Shown: positions 45,332 to 55,327 of the stretch, one piece after another | Numbering within the stretch: the first letter of the stretch is position 1 | Layout: every line of letters starts with the position of its first letter | IMG/VR virus record: IMGVR_UViG_3300021478_000794 | Span: 25,391 to 89,390 of that record | Source of the DNA: a virus | Direction: 5' to 3' (one strand) | DNA: 64,000 nt | Made by a program: the position numbers and the translations under genes | Notes under the pieces: generated by a model | The model's input: only the letters and a program-made list of their open reading frames with translations | Told to the model about the DNA's origin: nothing | The model's database searches: none

Positions 45332-47005
45332 TCACTGAACGAAGACGCTAAGATCCCCGACGGCGGCGGTAAAGGTTCCGGTCGTTAGGAGGCCGAGCCG
45401 CTCGCCCGCGTTTATCGTCGTAACGGTTAGCGAAAGCGTTACGTTAAGCGCCGGGGTCCCGTTCGCATTAAACGAACCGCTATGGACGGGAGTCCCTCCC
45501 GAAAGCGGGGTCCCGCTTCCGGCTTTAACGATCGTAATCGTCGCCGCCGCGCCGTTCGCGACCTCGACAATCCCAGTTATCCCGGTAATCGTTAAGGAAC
45601 GGTTCGCGATAAAGATCGTCGCCCCGTTCGGGTTCATCCCAGCTATCCAGCCGATCGACTTTATCTCCTGAACCGGGCTGGTCGACGGATTTAGAAGGGT
45701 AAGGGTATTCCCGGCGATCGACTGGATAGTTAAGGTTCCGGGAACCCCGGGTCCCGCCGCCGAGTCGACGTAGACGACCTGCCCGACTACCATCCAGCTC
45801 GCGTCCGCGACCGTTAGCGTCGCCGTCCCCCCGACCGGCGGAACGGTAAAGCTATTCGAGGTAAGGGTATAGGCGTTCGTTCCCGGCGCTCCTTTCGGGC
45901 CGGTCGGCCCGAGCGCGGGCCCGATATCGGTCCAGGTCCCAGGAGCCGTCCAGACCCAGCCGTGCCCGGTATCGAGCGCGATCCATAAGTCCCCGAGCGT
46001 ATTCCCGGTCGCCGGTAACGCCGACGAGATCGGGACCGTACCCTTTATAATAATGCTCGTCCCGGGAGCGCCGCCGGGGCTCGTTAGGCTTCCGATCGGG
46101 ACCGCGCTCCCCGAAACGGCGGCTCCGATCCCCGAGCTTACCGAATTAAGGAGGGTAAGGGTATTCCCGGCCTTATTTAAAACCGTTAAAACCCCCGATT
46201 TACCGACTCCGCCGCCCGCCCGGTCGAGAGCGAGAACCTGCCCCGGAACGATCCAGCTCCCATCGACCACGGTAATCGGCGCGGTCGAACCGTAAGGCGG
46301 AACGATAAAGCCGCTCGCCGTCGTCGTACAAGCGTTTACCCCCGGAGGCCCCTGCGGCCCGGTCGCGACGAGGACCCCGTGGCAGGCGTTATCCCCGCCG
46401 ATATAGTCGAGCGGGTTCCCGCTTAAAGCGTTAAGGAGCCCGGACCCCGCCGTACTCGCTACCGGGATCGGATCCGCGCCGCCGGGAGCGTGCGCGGGAG
46501 CGTGCTTCGCCGGAGGGAAGGTCGCCGGAGGATTTTTTATCCCCGCCCAGAGGACCGAATCGGCGTACGCGGCCCGGTCGACGATATTATCCCCGTTAAT
46601 ATCGTAGACGCTTTTAAGCATCGTATCGGGGGTAACTCCCCCGTTCGGCGGGACGCCGGTTAGAGCGCTATAGTCGAGCAGACCGTAAGCGCCGGTACTA
46701 AGGAGGACCTTATCCGGATCGTTTAAAGGCGGCGGAAGAAGACCCGGAATCGGGTCGGTACCGTTTGTAGCGTGAGAGGGGGCGTGCTTCGAAGGGGGGA
46801 AGGTCGCCGGTATACCGGTTATAACCTCCCAGCCAATCTCCGCCCATTCTACGGCCCCGTCTAAAAAGTAACGGGTCGGGTTCTCGGTCGGCGAAGGCGG
46901 TAAGCCGGTTCCGTTACCGGTTCCGCCGCCGCCTCCTCCTCCGCCCGCCGGAAGACCGGTCGCGGGCGGGGGTCGGTATTTTATAATCGTCGTCGGAAGG
47001 GCCAT
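45332..47005 (-). CDS. tail fibre-like protein with short collagen segments and internal duplications
   Basis: TFPP.KHAP.HA twice; GPQGPPG/GPTGPKGAPG; duplicated NA.T.T...F.VPP.G domain. Confidence 0.7.
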   Translation of the reverse strand: MALPTTIIKYRPPPATGLPAGGGGGGGGTGNGTGLPPSPTENPTRYFLDGAVEWAEIGWEVITGIPATFPPSKHAPSHATNGTDPIPGLLPPPLNDPDKVLLSTGAYGLLDYSALTGVPPNGGVTPDTMLKSVYDINGDNIVDRAAYADSVLWAGIKNPPATFPPAKHAPAHAPGGADPIPVASTAGSGLLNALSGNPLDYIGGDNACHGVLVATGPQGPPGVNACTTTASGFIVPPYGSTAPITVVDGSWIVPGQVLALDRAGGGVGKSGVLTVLNKAGNTLTLLNSVSSGIGAAVSGSAVPIGSLTSPGGAPGTSIIIKGTVPISSALPATGNTLGDLWIALDTGHGWVWTAPGTWTDIGPALGPTGPKGAPGTNAYTLTSNSFTVPPVGGTATLTVADASWMVVGQVVYVDSAAGPGVPGTLTIQSIAGNTLTLLNPSTSPVQEIKSIGWIAGMNPNGATIFIANRSLTITGITGIVEVANGAAATITIVKAGSGTPLSGGTPVHSGSFNANGTPALNVTLSLTVTTINAGERLGLLTTGTFTAAVGDLSVFVQ

Positions 47006-47020
47006 TTCTTCGTCCCCTAA

Positions 47021-48493
47021 TTACGACGTTTCCGGCCCCCCGTTCGTTCCCCCTTTACCCATCGCCGCGACCCGCGCCTTTATCCGGTCGAGATTAAAAC
47101 CGCTCTTTTTCGCGGCGGCGGCCCGCCCCGGCCCGCCCTTCGCGTTCGCGGTCGTCGAATTCGTCTCCTCCTTCGTATCGTCCGCCGGGATATATTCCCC
47201 GTCGTCGTAGAGCGTATAAATCGGGTAATCGACGTTAACGTTAACGATAACCCCGGTCTCTTCATTACGATTTTTTAATAATTTGAGCCGCATCTTATTC
47301 TCTTTCCGCATCTCCTCGCTCTGGAGAATCGCGACGACGTAGTCGGAATGGCGGGCGATATCCATCGAGGCCGAGATTTGCGCCATGGTCACGTTCTCTA
47401 GATTTTTAAACGCTTCCCGGTTGAGCTGGGCGGCGGCGATAACCGGGATCTCCCGCTCGATCGCGATCGACCGGATCCCGGCGTAAAGATCCCCGATCGC
47501 GTTAAAATCCTGAAGCGTCCGGTCTTTCTTCATGATCTGGGGGTAATCGACAACTAAGAGGCCGGTTTCGTGCTCGGTCTGGTCGAGAACGTCGAGATAA
47601 GCCTTTAACTCGGGGATATCGATCGTTCCGTTCCCGAAATTCTTAATATGGAGGCTCCCGCAGTAGTTGGCGATCTCCGTATTAAAAGCGACGTTAAATT
47701 TCGGAAGATCGATCTTTAAAAAGTCCTTCGATTTTTTACTAACCCGGAAGCAAAACCGCCCGTAAACCTGCTTCTCGGACATCTCCATCGAGATATAGGT
47801 TACCTTCCGACCGTACGGCTGCTGCAAGGCGGGCATCATCCAGTTTAACATAGTCCCGCTTTTAAAGACGCCCGGAATTCCGACGACCGTAATCATCTCC
47901 CCGGGCCGAATCCCGCCTTCTAAAACCCGTTCTAAAGTCGGCATCCCGATCGGTAAGAAATCTCCAACGAGAGTATCGAGAATAAACTGCCCCGGGTCGC
48001 GGGTCGCCGGAGTAACCGTAATCCCGGCTTTTCCGGTATCGTTCCCGATCGCGTAAGCCTTATCGATTAGGGGCCGGATCTTATCGATCTCCCCGGCCTG
48101 AAGATGATTTAGGGCGGCGTCGACCGCGTATAAAAGCTCCTGGTCCCGGGCCCAAGACCGGACGACTTGAACCGAGTAACGGGGATTTTGGGGCTGGGCC
48201 CGGTAGAGGATCTCGACCTCCTCGATTACCGACTTCTTATCGGACGGAATCGGGAGCCGGTTATCGATATCCTTTAAAATCTCCTGCCGGAGCGTCTCGG
48301 GAGCCGGATGCTCGTTCCCGAGGGCCCGGATCGTTAGGTAAGCCTGAGCGATTTCGCGATGGATAACGTCGTCGAAATAGCTCGGTTTCCAGATCCCTAC
48401 GTAGGTCCCGTAAATCTCAGGAAGCTGGAGGAGAAGGACGAGAAGTTCGCGCTGGAACCGGGGGGTCCAGGGGTTCTTATTTTGATTTAGCAT
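47021..48493 (-). CDS. DnaB/gp41-like replicative helicase
   Basis: GIPGVFKS, YISMEM, LVVDY, AAQLNRE, LKNR. Confidence 0.85.
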   Translation of the reverse strand: MLNQNKNPWTPRFQRELLVLLLQLPEIYGTYVGIWKPSYFDDVIHREIAQAYLTIRALGNEHPAPETLRQEILKDIDNRLPIPSDKKSVIEEVEILYRAQPQNPRYSVQVVRSWARDQELLYAVDAALNHLQAGEIDKIRPLIDKAYAIGNDTGKAGITVTPATRDPGQFILDTLVGDFLPIGMPTLERVLEGGIRPGEMITVVGIPGVFKSGTMLNWMMPALQQPYGRKVTYISMEMSEKQVYGRFCFRVSKKSKDFLKIDLPKFNVAFNTEIANYCGSLHIKNFGNGTIDIPELKAYLDVLDQTEHETGLLVVDYPQIMKKDRTLQDFNAIGDLYAGIRSIAIEREIPVIAAAQLNREAFKNLENVTMAQISASMDIARHSDYVVAILQSEEMRKENKMRLKLLKNRNEETGVIVNVNVDYPIYTLYDDGEYIPADDTKEETNSTTANAKGGPGRAAAAKKSGFNLDRIKARVAAMGKGGTNGGPETS

Positions 48494-49280
48494 CGAAGGT
48501 TACCCGGAACGGGGGGATATCTTTTATAAATTCGTTCTTCCGGTCCCGGAATTGTAGCCCCACCTGATACGCGAGAGGGAACTCTTCCTCCGCCGCCGGA
48601 ACGACGGTAAAGGTCCGGGCGATCGGGTTAAACGAGGTCGCGGCGTAGAAGAGCGCCTCGAAAGCCGCCCGCCGGTATTCGTTCCGGTCGCCTTCGAGCT
48701 TCTTCGAGACGAGACGGGTCTTCCCCGAGATCCAGATCTTTTCCCGGGCCGCCCCGAGCGCCCGGACCTCGTCGAGGCTAAACCCGTAGTAAACCCAGAT
48801 CGGCGGCGCGGTTAAAATAAACCCCGTCTTAAGCTCGAAAAGATCCGGCTCTTCCTTCCCGGTCGACATTAACCGGAAATACTCCTTTAGATAGTTGCAC
48901 TCCGCCGGGTAAACGTTCCGGAAAACCTCGGACCGGACGGTATGGAACCCGCTATAGGTAAGCCGTTCCCGGAACTCTTCGTAGTGGAGCTGGGCCCGGT
49001 CCTCGATAAGGTAGGCGGGATAAAATCCTTCCCCGCTCTCCGACCGGGCCCGTTTAAATCCTTCCATCTGACACTGGACGTAAAGGGAGAATTCCGGGTC
49101 GCCGAGTTCCTCCCGGACGGCCTCGATTATCCGCCAATTCTTCCCGAGATTCGCGACCGCGCTCGTCGGGAGAAGGGGGAAGGCTCCTTGGACGACGCTC
49201 CGGACGACCGCGAGCGTCGAAGTCTTCGAGACGTTCTTCTCAAACCAGCCAATTAGTTTTAAAAGCGGTATCTCGTCCAC
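48477..49280 (-). CDS. hypothetical protein upstream of the helicase
   Basis: Overlaps helicase start; CGTTCTA motif 6 nt upstream of GTG. Confidence 0.6.
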   Translation of the reverse strand: MDEIPLLKLIGWFEKNVSKTSTLAVVRSVVQGAFPLLPTSAVANLGKNWRIIEAVREELGDPEFSLYVQCQMEGFKRARSESGEGFYPAYLIEDRAQLHYEEFRERLTYSGFHTVRSEVFRNVYPAECNYLKEYFRLMSTGKEEPDLFELKTGFILTAPPIWVYYGFSLDEVRALGAAREKIWISGKTRLVSKKLEGDRNEYRRAAFEALFYAATSFNPIARTFTVVPAAEEEFPLAYQVGLQFRDRKNEFIKDIPPFRVTFDAKSK

Positions 49281-49306
49281 GATTAATAGAACGCGTATTT
49301 ACCCGC

Positions 49307-51136
49307 ATGTACCCGTCCCTCCCGATTTCTACCGCCTCGATTAGGGATCTCTGCGAAGCGACGGATTTCCTACAAACCGAACTCGAATATGGGGATAAGA
49401 CTTACCTTCATAACACTTTCACGACCTACACGTTTAACGGCGAATCCCTCATCCTCGTCGATACCGGAGTCCGCCGGACGGTCCGGATTACGCAGACCCC
49501 GAATATTAAGCGCTCGGTCGTTATTAAGGACGCGACCGGGAACGCCGGGAACGCCCCGATTACGGTCGTCGTCGCCCCGAATACGACCGGCGACGCGAAC
49601 CTCCAGGGGTTAACCGAGAAGGCCTTCCAGCTCTACGTCCCCTACGGAGCGCTCGAACTTACCGCGAACGGGAAGAGTTGGACGGCGACGGTCCCCCGCT
49701 CGACCGCTATCGGGACCCGGGGATTCCGTCTCCCGCAGAACCTCAACCTCGCCCTTCCCCCGGCCTACGGGGCCGTCGGGCAGAAGTTCCCCGCCCTCGT
49801 CTATTTCCCGGCTTCGATGGCCGGGGAGGACATCGTCCCGGCGACCTATAACGGGCTCTGCGGCTCGGTAAACTATTACTCCCAGCTTTCCGTCGCCGAC
49901 TCGTCCGCGACCCTAACCGCTCTCTTCGCGACCCCCGACCCGACCGATACTTCCGCCCACGTCCTCAACGAACTCGTTATTACGACCGATACAACCTTTA
50001 ACGTCCCGGACGATTTCCCCTCCCTTCTCGCGGCGAACGTCTATCTCGGCGATAAGCAGATCCTCCCCGACGTTACGGTTACGATTACCCTCGACGGCGA
50101 CGCGGTTACCGGCCTCCTTACCTTCGACCACCCCCAAGCCAGTCAGATCGTTATTACGGGCCGCCCCCCGCTAACCTTCCAGCCGGAGAGTACCTCCGTC
50201 TTTCAGACCGTCCCCGGCGCTATTCTCATAGATATAACGATGATCCCGACCCAGCTCGCCCAATTCCCGATCGGGAGCTTTATTACGATCGATAATATCG
50301 TAGGATGGCCGCTCGGGGTTACCACTCCCAATCAGCCGGGCGGCCTCGTCCGGTGGGCGGGGACCTGGCCGGTCGTCGCCCACGTCCAGAACCAGTTCGG
50401 GAATAACGCCCGGATCCAGATTACCGATTGGGCCCCGAATTTCCCGACGACCCCGATGGTCCCGCTACAGGCCCGCTGGCGTTCGTTCCCGACGATCGTC
50501 CAGGTCTCCGGCTCGGGCTCGCTCCAATTCTATTCCGACGGCTATACTTTTAACGAGGTCCTCTTCGTCGGCCAGAGTCTCGCCGCGACCGGCCTAACGG
50601 TCCACGGGATCCTTAACCTAAACGACGTCGCGATCGTCGGGTTCGCGAATAACGGAATCTACGGCGGTTACCGGGCCGTTATTTTCGATAAAAACCTCTA
50701 CCTATGCTCGAACGGGACGGGCTTATTCCTCGAACGGGGGGCGATCTGGGAAGGGGACCTCTCCCCGAGCGATAGTACGACGTTTATCGTCGGGAACGGG
50801 ACCGGGCTCGTCGCGAATAACGCCCAGATCGGCCTTAACCCGCTCTTCGCCTCCGGGAACCAGTCGAACGGCGTCTCCCTAAATAAGCTTTCCTTCCTCG
50901 AACTCGATAATAGTAAGATTATCTACAACGGCGGCGACGGGCTCTACGCCGTAGCTCAATCGCTCGCCTCGGGGCAGTCGAATACGGTTAGTAATAATAC
51001 GACCTGGGATCTAGAGGTCGCGGACGACGGCTTAATCCGGATGGTCGCGACGAGCGTCTTAAAGCTCGCCTCGCCGAACGGGTTTATGAATCCGGACGGG
51101 AGCCGGATCGAACTAACGACCGCCCCCTCGAAATGA
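49307..51136 (+). CDS. tail spike/fibre-like protein with C-terminal beta-helix
   Basis: N-terminal IKDATGNA module; GN..G/N..G repeats. Confidence 0.65.
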   Translation: MYPSLPISTASIRDLCEATDFLQTELEYGDKTYLHNTFTTYTFNGESLILVDTGVRRTVRITQTPNIKRSVVIKDATGNAGNAPITVVVAPNTTGDANLQGLTEKAFQLYVPYGALELTANGKSWTATVPRSTAIGTRGFRLPQNLNLALPPAYGAVGQKFPALVYFPASMAGEDIVPATYNGLCGSVNYYSQLSVADSSATLTALFATPDPTDTSAHVLNELVITTDTTFNVPDDFPSLLAANVYLGDKQILPDVTVTITLDGDAVTGLLTFDHPQASQIVITGRPPLTFQPESTSVFQTVPGAILIDITMIPTQLAQFPIGSFITIDNIVGWPLGVTTPNQPGGLVRWAGTWPVVAHVQNQFGNNARIQITDWAPNFPTTPMVPLQARWRSFPTIVQVSGSGSLQFYSDGYTFNEVLFVGQSLAATGLTVHGILNLNDVAIVGFANNGIYGGYRAVIFDKNLYLCSNGTGLFLERGAIWEGDLSPSDSTTFIVGNGTGLVANNAQIGLNPLFASGNQSNGVSLNKLSFLELDNSKIIYNGGDGLYAVAQSLASGQSNTVSNNTTWDLEVADDGLIRMVATSVLKLASPNGFMNPDGSRIELTTAPSK

Positions 51137-51235
51137 GTAACGAAGAAATTATCGGAATTTTAAAGTCGATTCAAGATCACCTAAAGCGGATCGAAGACCG
51201 GATCGCCGCGCTAGAGCCCCCGCCCGTAATCGACC

Positions 51236-51655
51236 CTAAGAAATCTCCATCGGAGGAACCCTAAAGAATTTATCCGCCGGAATGCCGTCTTCGTTTGTAT
51301 CGTTCCAATTGTTCGCGTCCTTAAAGCGACGCTTTAAGGTTTTCGCCATTTTTTCCGCGAGGGCGACGGAGTCCTTATGGACGTAGAAGATGGCGTAAAA
51401 ATTCCCCCGGCTAAGGCTCTCCTCTCGGGAGTGGGTATCGAGGTGGACGAGATGGTAGCGTACGAGCGGAAACTCCTCTTTATTTATTCCGGTAAATTCG
51501 AAGAAAATCTCCTCCCCGCCCCGCTTTAAGCGTTCCCTTAAAACGGCGAGCGTCTCCGGGCGGAGAACGTGGTTAAGTAAGTGCTCGACCTTCTCCGGAT
51601 CGTTGGAAAGTTCGATCCTTATCTCGTCGCCCTCGTTAGTTGTAAATTGTATCAT
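51236..51655 (-). CDS. hypothetical protein
   Basis: ORF with purine-rich leader. Confidence 0.6.
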   Translation of the reverse strand: MIQFTTNEGDEIRIELSNDPEKVEHLLNHVLRPETLAVLRERLKRGGEEIFFEFTGINKEEFPLVRYHLVHLDTHSREESLSRGNFYAIFYVHKDSVALAEKMAKTLKRRFKDANNWNDTNEDGIPADKFFRVPPMEIS

Positions 51656-51707
51656 TATTTCTCCCTCTCTCTCTAGAACTCCGGTCGATCGGTATTTTAC
51701 CGCCGAT

Positions 51708-52274
51708 ATGCCGCTACCTCTAGCTCCCGCCGCCGAGATCTCCGATATCGTCGAGGGTATTAACGAGATGTATAACGGGTCGCCGCTCCCCTTTACCGAG
51801 CTTCTCGTAACGACGGCGACCTACCGCTACGATTATCCCGACCCGGCCTACGCCGTCCTCCTCGTCGCGACCGGCTTCCAGAAAACGATCCAGATCCCAG
51901 CGACCGTCCCGGTCGGAACCCGGCTCCTAATTAAGGATATGTCGGGGAACGCCGGGACGAACATGATTATCATCGAGCCCCTCGACGGCCTCCTAATCGA
52001 CGGAGTAAACGTCCCGCTCCTGATAAATGTTAATTTCGGCTCGGTCCTTATTATCGTCGCCGACGAAGGGCTTTACACCGTCGGGCGCTATTTTATCCAG
52101 AGTCAGTATTTCGATTCCCTCTGCGTCTTCGATACCCGGATCGACTCCTCGGTAACGATCGGCTCGGCGACCAACGGCCTCTCGGTCGGCCCCTTAACGA
52201 TTAACGCGGTCGACGCGAATAATAACGACGTCGTCGTTACCGTCGCGGCGGGAGCGAGATGGGTCGTAATTTAA
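51708..52274 (+). CDS. fibre-associated protein, paralog of the 49307 N-terminus
   Basis: MPLPL...IKDMSGNAGTN.I; GTATTTTA motif upstream. Confidence 0.65.
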   Translation: MPLPLAPAAEISDIVEGINEMYNGSPLPFTELLVTTATYRYDYPDPAYAVLLVATGFQKTIQIPATVPVGTRLLIKDMSGNAGTNMIIIEPLDGLLIDGVNVPLLINVNFGSVLIIVADEGLYTVGRYFIQSQYFDSLCVFDTRIDSSVTIGSATNGLSVGPLTINAVDANNNDVVVTVAAGARWVVI

Positions 52275-52278
52275 CGGT

Positions 52279-52557
52279 ATGGCGGAACAAACCATATTTC
52301 AATCGGGGCAGGAATTCGGCGCGAGCGACGTCGTAACGAATATTAAGCTCGAAGATATCGTTAACGCGATCGTCGTCGATTATCCCGCCCTAGCCCAGGC
52401 GATAATGAACTCCGGCGCGACCGACCCGAACGCCCTCGTCCGCTTTACCGGGAACCAGCTCCAACTCCGGAACGCCGAGAGCGGCCTCTGGCACTCGATC
52501 TGGATAAAAGGGTCGGCGGGCGAGGAAGAGATCGTCCTAGGGCAAGGGACAACGTAG
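52279..52557 (+). CDS. hypothetical virion protein
   Basis: GTAATTT motif 6 nt upstream. Confidence 0.55.
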   Translation: MAEQTIFQSGQEFGASDVVTNIKLEDIVNAIVVDYPALAQAIMNSGATDPNALVRFTGNQLQLRNAESGLWHSIWIKGSAGEEEIVLGQGTT

Positions 52558-52566
52558 GAAAGAGAT

Positions 52567-52842
52567 ATGAGTATCGCTTGTTACTCAGCCTTAAAAGAAG
52601 CGGTCGAACGCTTAGAAGAGATTAGCCTCTCCCCCGAACCTAAACCCCCCGGCCTCGGTCTCGGAGGGGAGATGGCGAAGACCGGTTATAAGCCCTCCTC
52701 CTCCCAATCGAGTCTCCCGGCCCACGCCGCCTCCGACGAGGATAAATTTAGCGAAATAACTCAACGCCTCGACGATCTCGAAAGCATGATTATGAACGTC
52801 ATGGAAAAAACGGGGATGTTTAAGAAACCGGGAAACCCTTAA
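52567..52842 (+). CDS. hypothetical protein
   Basis: ORF in run. Confidence 0.55.
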   Translation: MSIACYSALKEAVERLEEISLSPEPKPPGLGLGGEMAKTGYKPSSSQSSLPAHAASDEDKFSEITQRLDDLESMIMNVMEKTGMFKKPGNP

Positions 52843-52852
52843 ACCAAATTCT

Positions 52853-53506
52853 ATGCCACTCACGAAAAAAGGCCGGAAGATAATGCGCGCCATGAAGGAC
52901 GAATACGGCGCGGATAAGGGCGAAGAGGTTTTCTACGCTTCGCGGAATAAGGGAACGATCTCGGGAGTCGATCCGGAGAGTCGTAAAAAGAAAACGAAGA
53001 AAAAGAAGACCGAGGAGATGACGACGACGCTTAATATCGGCGGTTCCGGCTCCCAAACCCTTCCTCCCTCGCGACCGAAACTCCGGCTTAAACCGAAAGC
53101 GGCGCTTCCCCTTAAGAAAAAGAAGAAAGCTCCGCCGGAGAAAATCGTCCGGAACTATACGGGCCGGGAAACGGGCGAGGAAGAAGCGGAGCGCCGGGTT
53201 ATGCGGATGGTCGCGGAGTACGAGAAGGCGAACGGGATCTCCCTAACCGAGCAGCCCGCCGCCGGAGCGCCCGGAGCGCCCGGGCCTAACCCCGGGGCCG
53301 GGGCTAGCCCTAGCCAGCAGCAACCGAAACCCCGGGAGCAAATTAAGATTCTCGCCGGAGGCGATACTTGGATCGTTACCTACGTCGATAAGAGTAGGGG
53401 ATGGTGCGTTTATCAGCAACAAGGCGGCGTCGGGACCGCTAAATTTAAGCTCGGTCCCATTAAGACCTTAAAGGACGCTTTTACGTCGGTCGCGGCTTAC
53501 TTCTAA
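52853..53506 (+). CDS. basic hypothetical head-associated protein
   Basis: MPLTKKGRKIM..M...YG..KG..VFYAS.NKG.I motif familiar from phage proteins. Confidence 0.6.
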   Translation: MPLTKKGRKIMRAMKDEYGADKGEEVFYASRNKGTISGVDPESRKKKTKKKKTEEMTTTLNIGGSGSQTLPPSRPKLRLKPKAALPLKKKKKAPPEKIVRNYTGRETGEEEAERRVMRMVAEYEKANGISLTEQPAAGAPGAPGPNPGAGASPSQQQPKPREQIKILAGGDTWIVTYVDKSRGWCVYQQQGGVGTAKFKLGPIKTLKDAFTSVAAYF

Positions 53507-53657
53507 AACTGGGTCGGCCATAGGATACAAGCCACAAAAAGGGATATCATAAGGAACTCGGGGACCATCTGGGTTATTTCGTATTCCACACCCAGTTTAC
53601 GAGGATTAAAGCTAGGATTCCGAGCGCGAATTGCCACCAGCTCATACCGTTTCCCTT

Positions 53658-54035
53658 TTAGAGCGCCGACTCGAACTTAACGAGAATCTCGTCCGCGATC
53701 GGAGCCTTCTGCGTCGAGAGGACCGCTTTCATATAATTAATCTGCGCCGGGGTAAAGAGGATCGAAACGTAATTCGCCGCCGAGGTCGTCGCCCCGACCG
53801 ACTTTTCTAAGGCCTCGGCGTGCCGCCGACCGTCCTCTAAGACCTCGTTGAATTCCCGCCGGTTGGTTACGACCGGATCGGGCCGGAGCGGTTTCTCGTA
53901 GCCAACTTTCGCCTCGACCGGAGCCTCTTTTTCCTTCGGTTTCGGTCCCGGCTTTTTCTTTACCGGAACCGGCTGCTGGATAATATCCTCGTCGGAAATA
54001 TTTACGACGGGCGCTTCGTCTTCGTTATTACTCAT
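53658..54035 (-). CDS. hypothetical protein
   Basis: Coupled ORF. Confidence 0.55.
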   Translation of the reverse strand: MSNNEDEAPVVNISDEDIIQQPVPVKKKPGPKPKEKEAPVEAKVGYEKPLRPDPVVTNRREFNEVLEDGRRHAEALEKSVGATTSAANYVSILFTPAQINYMKAVLSTQKAPIADEILVKFESAL

Positions 54036-54319
54036 AGGACGGACATCGGCGGTTCTTCGCTAAAAGGGGAATCGTGGGCTTTCTGAAAGGCTTCTAAAAT
54101 CGAGTCGTATTCCGGGGAGGACGTTTCGGGCCGCCGCTTTAACCATTCGGTCATCTGGTCAATCCGGCGGGTCGTGGTTATGACCGAGACAGCGGGGAGG
54201 ATCGAGGCGCGGAGCGCGAAATCGAACGCCTCGGCGGCTTCCGGAAAGTTCCCGGTCGAATTAAAAAGGGCGCGGAGCCGGGAGGCGTCGCTTCGGGAGA
54301 GAATTAGGGAAGCATGCAT
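54032..54319 (-). CDS. hypothetical protein
   Basis: Coupled ORF. Confidence 0.55.
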   Translation of the reverse strand: MHASLILSRSDASRLRALFNSTGNFPEAAEAFDFALRASILPAVSVITTTRRIDQMTEWLKRRPETSSPEYDSILEAFQKAHDSPFSEEPPMSVL

Positions 54320-54325
54320 AATGGG

Positions 54326-54478
54326 TTAAGTATCCGGATCGACCGGAACCGAAAGACCTTTACCGGCGGCGTAAAACTCGGCGAGCGCCTTCCGCTGGCC
54401 GAGGGTAAGATCTTCGAAAGCGATCCGGCCCTCTAACCATTCCACGAACCAATTTACTTTAACGGCGGTTTCCGTCAT
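54326..54478 (-). CDS. small hypothetical protein (50 aa)
   Basis: MTETAVKVNWFVEWLEGR...; fills the gap after the tRNA. Confidence 0.45.
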   Translation of the reverse strand: MTETAVKVNWFVEWLEGRIAFEDLTLGQRKALAEFYAAGKGLSVPVDPDT

Positions 54479-54499
54479 AAAGCGGGGAAAAGGAGTAAA

Positions 54500-54572
54500 T
54501 TGCGGGGGGAGGATTTGAACCTCCGATCTCCTGGTTATGAGCCAGACGACTTAACCACTGGTCCACCCCGCG
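54500..54572 (-). tRNA. tRNA-Met(CAT), initiator-like
   Basis: CGCGGGG/CCCCGCA acceptor stem with C1:A72 mismatch, CTCATAA loop, GGTTCAAATCC T-arm; CCA not encoded. Confidence 0.9.
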
Positions 54573-54590
54573 ATTCGAAAACTTATCGAA

Positions 54591-54803
54591 CTATCGGATC
54601 TCGGTATAGCTCGAAAATCGGCAATTCTGGAAGGTCGCCTTAAAAATTTGTTGAGCGGTCCCGGCGTCCGGCGCTTCGACGACCGTGTACTGGGTACTCC
54701 CGTTTCCCGGGAGGAAGTAGGCGATCTTAAATTTTCGCGGAGTCCCGTAAACGACGGTAAGCGAAACGATCGCGATCGTAAGGAATAGCATTAGTTTTTT
54801 CAT
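54591..54803 (-). CDS. small secreted protein
   Basis: MKKLMLFLTIAIVSLTVVYG signal peptide. Confidence 0.6.
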   Translation of the reverse strand: MKKLMLFLTIAIVSLTVVYGTPRKFKIAYFLPGNGSTQYTVVEAPDAGTAQQIFKATFQNCRFSSYTEIR

Positions 54804-54813
54804 AAAAGGTCTT

Positions 54814-55071
54814 TCAGTAATAGCGAACGGCTCGGCCCCGCTCGTCGTAGTAGATCTTGGGTTTCTGGGTAGCGGCCCGGCGGGCCGGGAGGGAGGTCGA
54901 GTAATAGCGGCTCCCCCCGAGTAACTTCCTACAAATCCACTCGGGCGTATAACGGGCGAGATCGGGCCGCGCTTCCATCTCCGAGCGGCACATCGTCCAA
55001 GGTTCATGTTCCGCTCTCTTCCGTTTCGGCTCGTCCCAGGCCTCTCCCGTAAAAAGTAATTGACGGGACAC
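54814..55071 (-). CDS. hypothetical protein
   Basis: CGTTCTA motif upstream. Confidence 0.55.
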   Translation of the reverse strand: MSRQLLFTGEAWDEPKRKRAEHEPWTMCRSEMEARPDLARYTPEWICRKLLGGSRYYSTSLPARRAATQKPKIYYDERGRAVRYY

Positions 55072-55096
55072 TCTTCCCCTTTAGAACGACGAGAAG

Positions 55097-55321
55097 TTAT
55101 TTTTGGTAAAAGAACCGGGGCGGCCAGTAAAGCCGCGCTTCTTCTTTATCCGCCTCTAGGAGCGCGTTAGTGCAAAGCTGGAAGAAATGGCTTCGGTCTT
55201 TAAATCCGAATTTACGTACAACTTCTTCTAGGCGTTCCAAATTCTCTAAGCGGACGCTCGTCGTTCGTTTATCCACGGTTTTAATAGTCGATTTAGTTCG
55301 TATCATAGTTTCAGTTTTCAA
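55097..55321 (-). CDS. ribbon-helix-helix DNA-binding protein
   Basis: RTTSVRL...LE......G...RS.F. Confidence 0.6.
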   Translation of the reverse strand: MKTETMIRTKSTIKTVDKRTTSVRLENLERLEEVVRKFGFKDRSHFFQLCTNALLEADKEEARLYWPPRFFYQK

Positions 55322-55327
55322 TAATTT

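Noticed and set aside
51236-51260. C-terminal VPPMEIS* as a truncated tag or readthrough site
   Set aside because: No His, and the sequence after TAG (G-R-L) does not continue as GWD.
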